This document shows positions 60,987 to 64,000 of a DNA stretch of 64,000 nt, one piece after another; position 1 is the stretch's first letter, and each line of letters starts with the position of its first letter. The notes below the pieces were generated by a model that searched no databases, was not told where the DNA came from, and saw only the letters and a program-made list of their open reading frames with translations. The position numbers were made by a program, and so were the translations under genes. Source of the stretch: an uncultured Holophagales bacterium. Its GTDB lineage: Bacteria > Acidobacteriota > Thermoanaerobaculia > Multivoradales > UBA5704. The DNA lies in assembly GCA_963842525.1 (NCBI GenBank), contig CAWJGT010000001.1, positions 256,001 to 320,000 on the forward strand. The letters are read 5' to 3'.

Positions 60987-62117
60987 ATGACCGAATCCTC
61001 GAGCTCGCTCATCCTTGATCCCATTGCGACGGTTGCGCAGCCGGCCCTGCAACCGAGCCCGTTCCTTCATTTCGGCCCCGACCGCCTGTACAACCCGCTG
61101 ACCGACCGCACTCTGATCGAAGGCGAGCCCGGATACGAGAGCCTCCGCGCGCTCCTGGGTGGTGCTCTGCAGGCCGGGCAGGTGCCGGCGGCGGAGCGTG
61201 ACCGCCTGGTCCGGGAGGGCTGGCTGGTACGCGACGTCGAGCAGGCCTCGCAGGGCTTCCGGCTCAAGTACGTCTCCCTGGAAGCCCACACGGTCTGCAA
61301 CCAGGCCTGCTACTTCTGCCCGGTCTCGATCGCGCCGCGCGAGGACTACTTCATGCCCACCGAGCTGTACGAGCGGATCGTGGGCGAGCTGGCCGCCTGG
61401 CGCGACACGATCGAAGGCGTCTTCATGATCAATTACAACGAGCCCACCGTGGACAAGCGTTTCGTGGACCAGGTGCGGACCCTCAAGGCCGCCGGCCTGC
61501 CGCCGGCCGTGCTCACCAACGGCACCGGCCTGACACCCCGCCGCGTCGACGCGCTCGTCGAGATGGGCGGGCTGCGCTACCTCTGCATCAACCTGTCCAC
61601 CCTGAACGGCGGGCGCTACCGGAAGGACCGCGGAGACGACCACGTGAAGCTGGTCCTGCGCAACCTGGAGCATGCCCGGGACCGGCCTGTCGCCGACGAG
61701 ATGGAGATCGTCGTCCTGGGCACGGGCAGCCCCGAGCACCGGAACGACTTCGAGGAGATCAAAGGCCTGTACGCCGGCAGCCGCTTCCACGTCAAATATT
61801 CCGAAGTGATGGACCGCGCGGGCTACCTCCAGATCGGCCTCAAGCCCGCCACCGGCAGCCGCCGCCTCTGTGGCTGCGACAACGTCGGCTCGCGGCCTTT
61901 CCAGCACATCCACATCACCCCCAGGGGCAAATGCGTCCTCTGCTGCGAGGACTACGACGAGAAGTACGTCATCGGCGACCTGACCCGGGAGAGCGTCCAC
62001 GAGGTGCTCACCGGCCCGGCCCTGTCCCTGCTGCGGCGCCAGGTCTATGGCATCGCTGAAGCTCCCCGGGACTTCATCTGCAGCGGTTGCACCTTCGCCC
62101 TCACCCGTCCGTCCTGA
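60987..62117 (+). CDS. Radical SAM protein with SPASM/twitch domain
   Basis: CNQACYFC, YNEP, TNG; C-terminal C...G.CVLCCED...IG...CSGC. Confidence 0.9.
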   Translation: MTESSSSLILDPIATVAQPALQPSPFLHFGPDRLYNPLTDRTLIEGEPGYESLRALLGGALQAGQVPAAERDRLVREGWLVRDVEQASQGFRLKYVSLEAHTVCNQACYFCPVSIAPREDYFMPTELYERIVGELAAWRDTIEGVFMINYNEPTVDKRFVDQVRTLKAAGLPPAVLTNGTGLTPRRVDALVEMGGLRYLCINLSTLNGGRYRKDRGDDHVKLVLRNLEHARDRPVADEMEIVVLGTGSPEHRNDFEEIKGLYAGSRFHVKYSEVMDRAGYLQIGLKPATGSRRLCGCDNVGSRPFQHIHITPRGKCVLCCEDYDEKYVIGDLTRESVHEVLTGPALSLLRRQVYGIAEAPRDFICSGCTFALTRPS

Positions 62118-62160
62118 GGCGATCTGGGCCGCAGGTGCCTGGCCACGCCGGCTGCTCTCG

Positions 62161-63204
62161 ATGCGGATCGCCTACGTCCTCCCCTACCCCGAGCTGAACG
62201 GGGGCAACAAGGTGATTTTTCAGCACGTCCGCCTGCTCCAGGAGAGCGGCGACGAGGTGACGGTCCTGGCCGAAGGCCCCCGGCCCGACTGGATCCGCAT
62301 CGACGCCGCCTACCAGGACTGCACCGCCGCGCCGCCCGTGCTGCAAGAGCAGGACCTGGTGATCGCCACCTTCTGGACGACGATCCCCATCGCCCGCCGC
62401 CTCGGCATCGGCCCGGTGGCCCACTTCTGCCAGGGCTACGAAGGCGGGCTCGTCCACCTGGAGCCTTTCCTTCCGCGGATCGAGGAGGTCTACTCCTGGA
62501 GGCTTCCCACGCTCACGGTGGCGCCGCACCTGGCGGATCTCCTGAAGAGCCGGTTCGGCCGCGAGAGCCGGGTCGTCCCACCGCCGCTCGATCCCCTGTT
62601 CCGGCCTTCCCGGATATTCCGCCTGCGGCTCCGTCCCCGGCGCCGCCCCTGGGTCGCCATCCCCGGCATCTTTGCCGCCGAGGTCAAGGGGGTACCGACC
62701 GCACTGGCCGCGGTGCGCCGGCTGCGGGAGAGCGGCCTGGACTGCCGGGTGCTGCGCTTTTCGATCCTGCCTCTCTCCGACGAAGAGCGGCGCCTGCTGG
62801 AGCCCGACGCCTATCTCTGCGGCGTCCATCCCCGGAAGATCGCCCGCGCCCTCCGGCACTGCGACCTCCTGCTGTTCCCGTCCCGGGCCGAGGAGGGCTT
62901 TGGCCTGCCTCTCCTGGAGGCGATGGCCTCAGGCCTGCCGGCGGTCGCGTCGCTGATCCCGTCGACGGTCCGGATGGCCGGCGAAGCGGCTCCGCTGGTC
63001 CCCGCGGACGATCCCGAGGCCTTCGCAACAGCCGCCCGCGAGCTGCTCGGCGACACCCGGGCCTGGCGCCATGCACGGGTCCGGGGCCTCGAAGCAACCC
63101 GCGGTTACCGGCCGGAGATCGTAGCCTCCCGTCTCGCCGAAGCGGTCCGCTGGGCCGCGGACCATGCTCTCCACAACCCGCCCGAGCCCATGCCGCCGGT
63201 TTGA
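62161..63204 (+). CDS. GT4 glycosyltransferase
   Basis: NGGNKVI, ATFWTT, EGFGLPLLEAMASG. Confidence 0.9.
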   Translation: MRIAYVLPYPELNGGNKVIFQHVRLLQESGDEVTVLAEGPRPDWIRIDAAYQDCTAAPPVLQEQDLVIATFWTTIPIARRLGIGPVAHFCQGYEGGLVHLEPFLPRIEEVYSWRLPTLTVAPHLADLLKSRFGRESRVVPPPLDPLFRPSRIFRLRLRPRRRPWVAIPGIFAAEVKGVPTALAAVRRLRESGLDCRVLRFSILPLSDEERRLLEPDAYLCGVHPRKIARALRHCDLLLFPSRAEEGFGLPLLEAMASGLPAVASLIPSTVRMAGEAAPLVPADDPEAFATAARELLGDTRAWRHARVRGLEATRGYRPEIVASRLAEAVRWAADHALHNPPEPMPPV

Positions 63205-63216
63205 TAGGCTCCGCCC

Positions 63217-63915
63217 ATGAGGCTCAACGCCGATCCGCAGGCCCTGCACGAGCAGTACGTCAGCGCCCAGCCGTTTCCGCACATCGTCATGGACGGCCTT
63301 TTCCCCGACGAGGTCCTGGAGAACGTGTTGGCCGAGTTCCCGCGGCCCGACGAGATCGCCTGGCGGAAGTTCGACAACGTCACCGAGCGGAAGCTCGGCT
63401 ACTGGCACGAATCGGCGCTGCGGCCCGACCTCGAGCGCTTCCTCTACCGCATGAGCTCGCCGCCGGTCCTGCAGTTCCTGCAGACCCTGACCGGGATCGA
63501 AGGGCTGATCCCCGACCCCTATTTCGGCGGCGCCGGCCCGCACCAAATCCTGCCCGGCGGCTACCTCAAGGTGCACGTCGACTTCAACTGGCACCCGCTG
63601 CTCAAGCTCGACCGCCGGCTCAACCTCATCGTCTACCTGAACAAGGACTGGAAAGAGGAGTACGGCGGCCACATCGAGCTGTGGAGCCGGGACGTCACGC
63701 GCTGCGAGCGGAAGGTGCTGCCCGTCTTCAACCGCACCATCCTCTTCAGCACGACCGACTTCTCCTACCACGGCCATCCCGAGCCGCTCGCCTGCCCGGA
63801 GGGGAGGACCCGCAAGTCGGTCTCCTTCTACTACTATACGAACGGCCGGCCGGACGAGGAGCGCTCGGCGCCGCACGACACGATCTTCCGCAAGACCCAC
63901 GACCACGACTGGTGA
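63217..63915 (+). CDS. 2OG-Fe(II) oxygenase
   Basis: QPFPHIV, HVD, RRLNLIVYLN, SYHGHP, RKS. Confidence 0.9.
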   Translation: MRLNADPQALHEQYVSAQPFPHIVMDGLFPDEVLENVLAEFPRPDEIAWRKFDNVTERKLGYWHESALRPDLERFLYRMSSPPVLQFLQTLTGIEGLIPDPYFGGAGPHQILPGGYLKVHVDFNWHPLLKLDRRLNLIVYLNKDWKEEYGGHIELWSRDVTRCERKVLPVFNRTILFSTTDFSYHGHPEPLACPEGRTRKSVSFYYYTNGRPDEERSAPHDTIFRKTHDHDW

Positions 63916-64000
63916 GGGCGCGCCGCCAAAAAAAGTTGGCCCGGCGTGTCGATTCCGCGGCGCCTCGATCGACGTCCAGATAGAGCGAGGGTTTGAGGCC

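Overview
GC-rich bacterial chromosomal segment. Gene families and style suggest Acidobacteriota, probably class Thermoanaerobaculia (inference). No rRNA, tRNA, CRISPR array, transposase or integrase was seen. Layout: (1) 1-17 kb housekeeping mix: a RelE-type TA pair, ggt, a lone pntA domain I gene, terC, a SWIB protein, tmk-holB, a DsbA-like protein, a coupled aromatic amino-acid decarboxylase/iodotyrosine-deiodinase-like pair, and hldA-hldC-GT9-pilB. Many genes here carry single-base frameshifts that look like long-read errors. (2) 17-25.8 kb accessory patch: a lipoprotein TPR-CHAT protease, a small protein, an ECF sigma and a membrane anti-sigma; two PIN TA loci; a MidA/NDUFAF7 methyltransferase; a ~20-bp palindromic array; REP-like elements. 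(3) An 11-subunit nuo operon without nuoEFG, then a SigR/SigH-like sigma/ZAS pair, a Cys-less thioredoxin, an M23 peptidase and an HddA-like kinase. (4) An XRE-TPR-exported repeat protein operon. (5) 43.8-64 kb surface locus: wzm and wzt are split apart by three near-identical secreted paralogs (candidate S-layer proteins), a large PKD protein, an FG-GAP protein and an arylsulfotransferase, followed by glycan-tailoring genes. The best candidates for undescribed systems are this surface locus, the CHAT-ECF module and the XRE-TPR-ARMHIIDIG operon.
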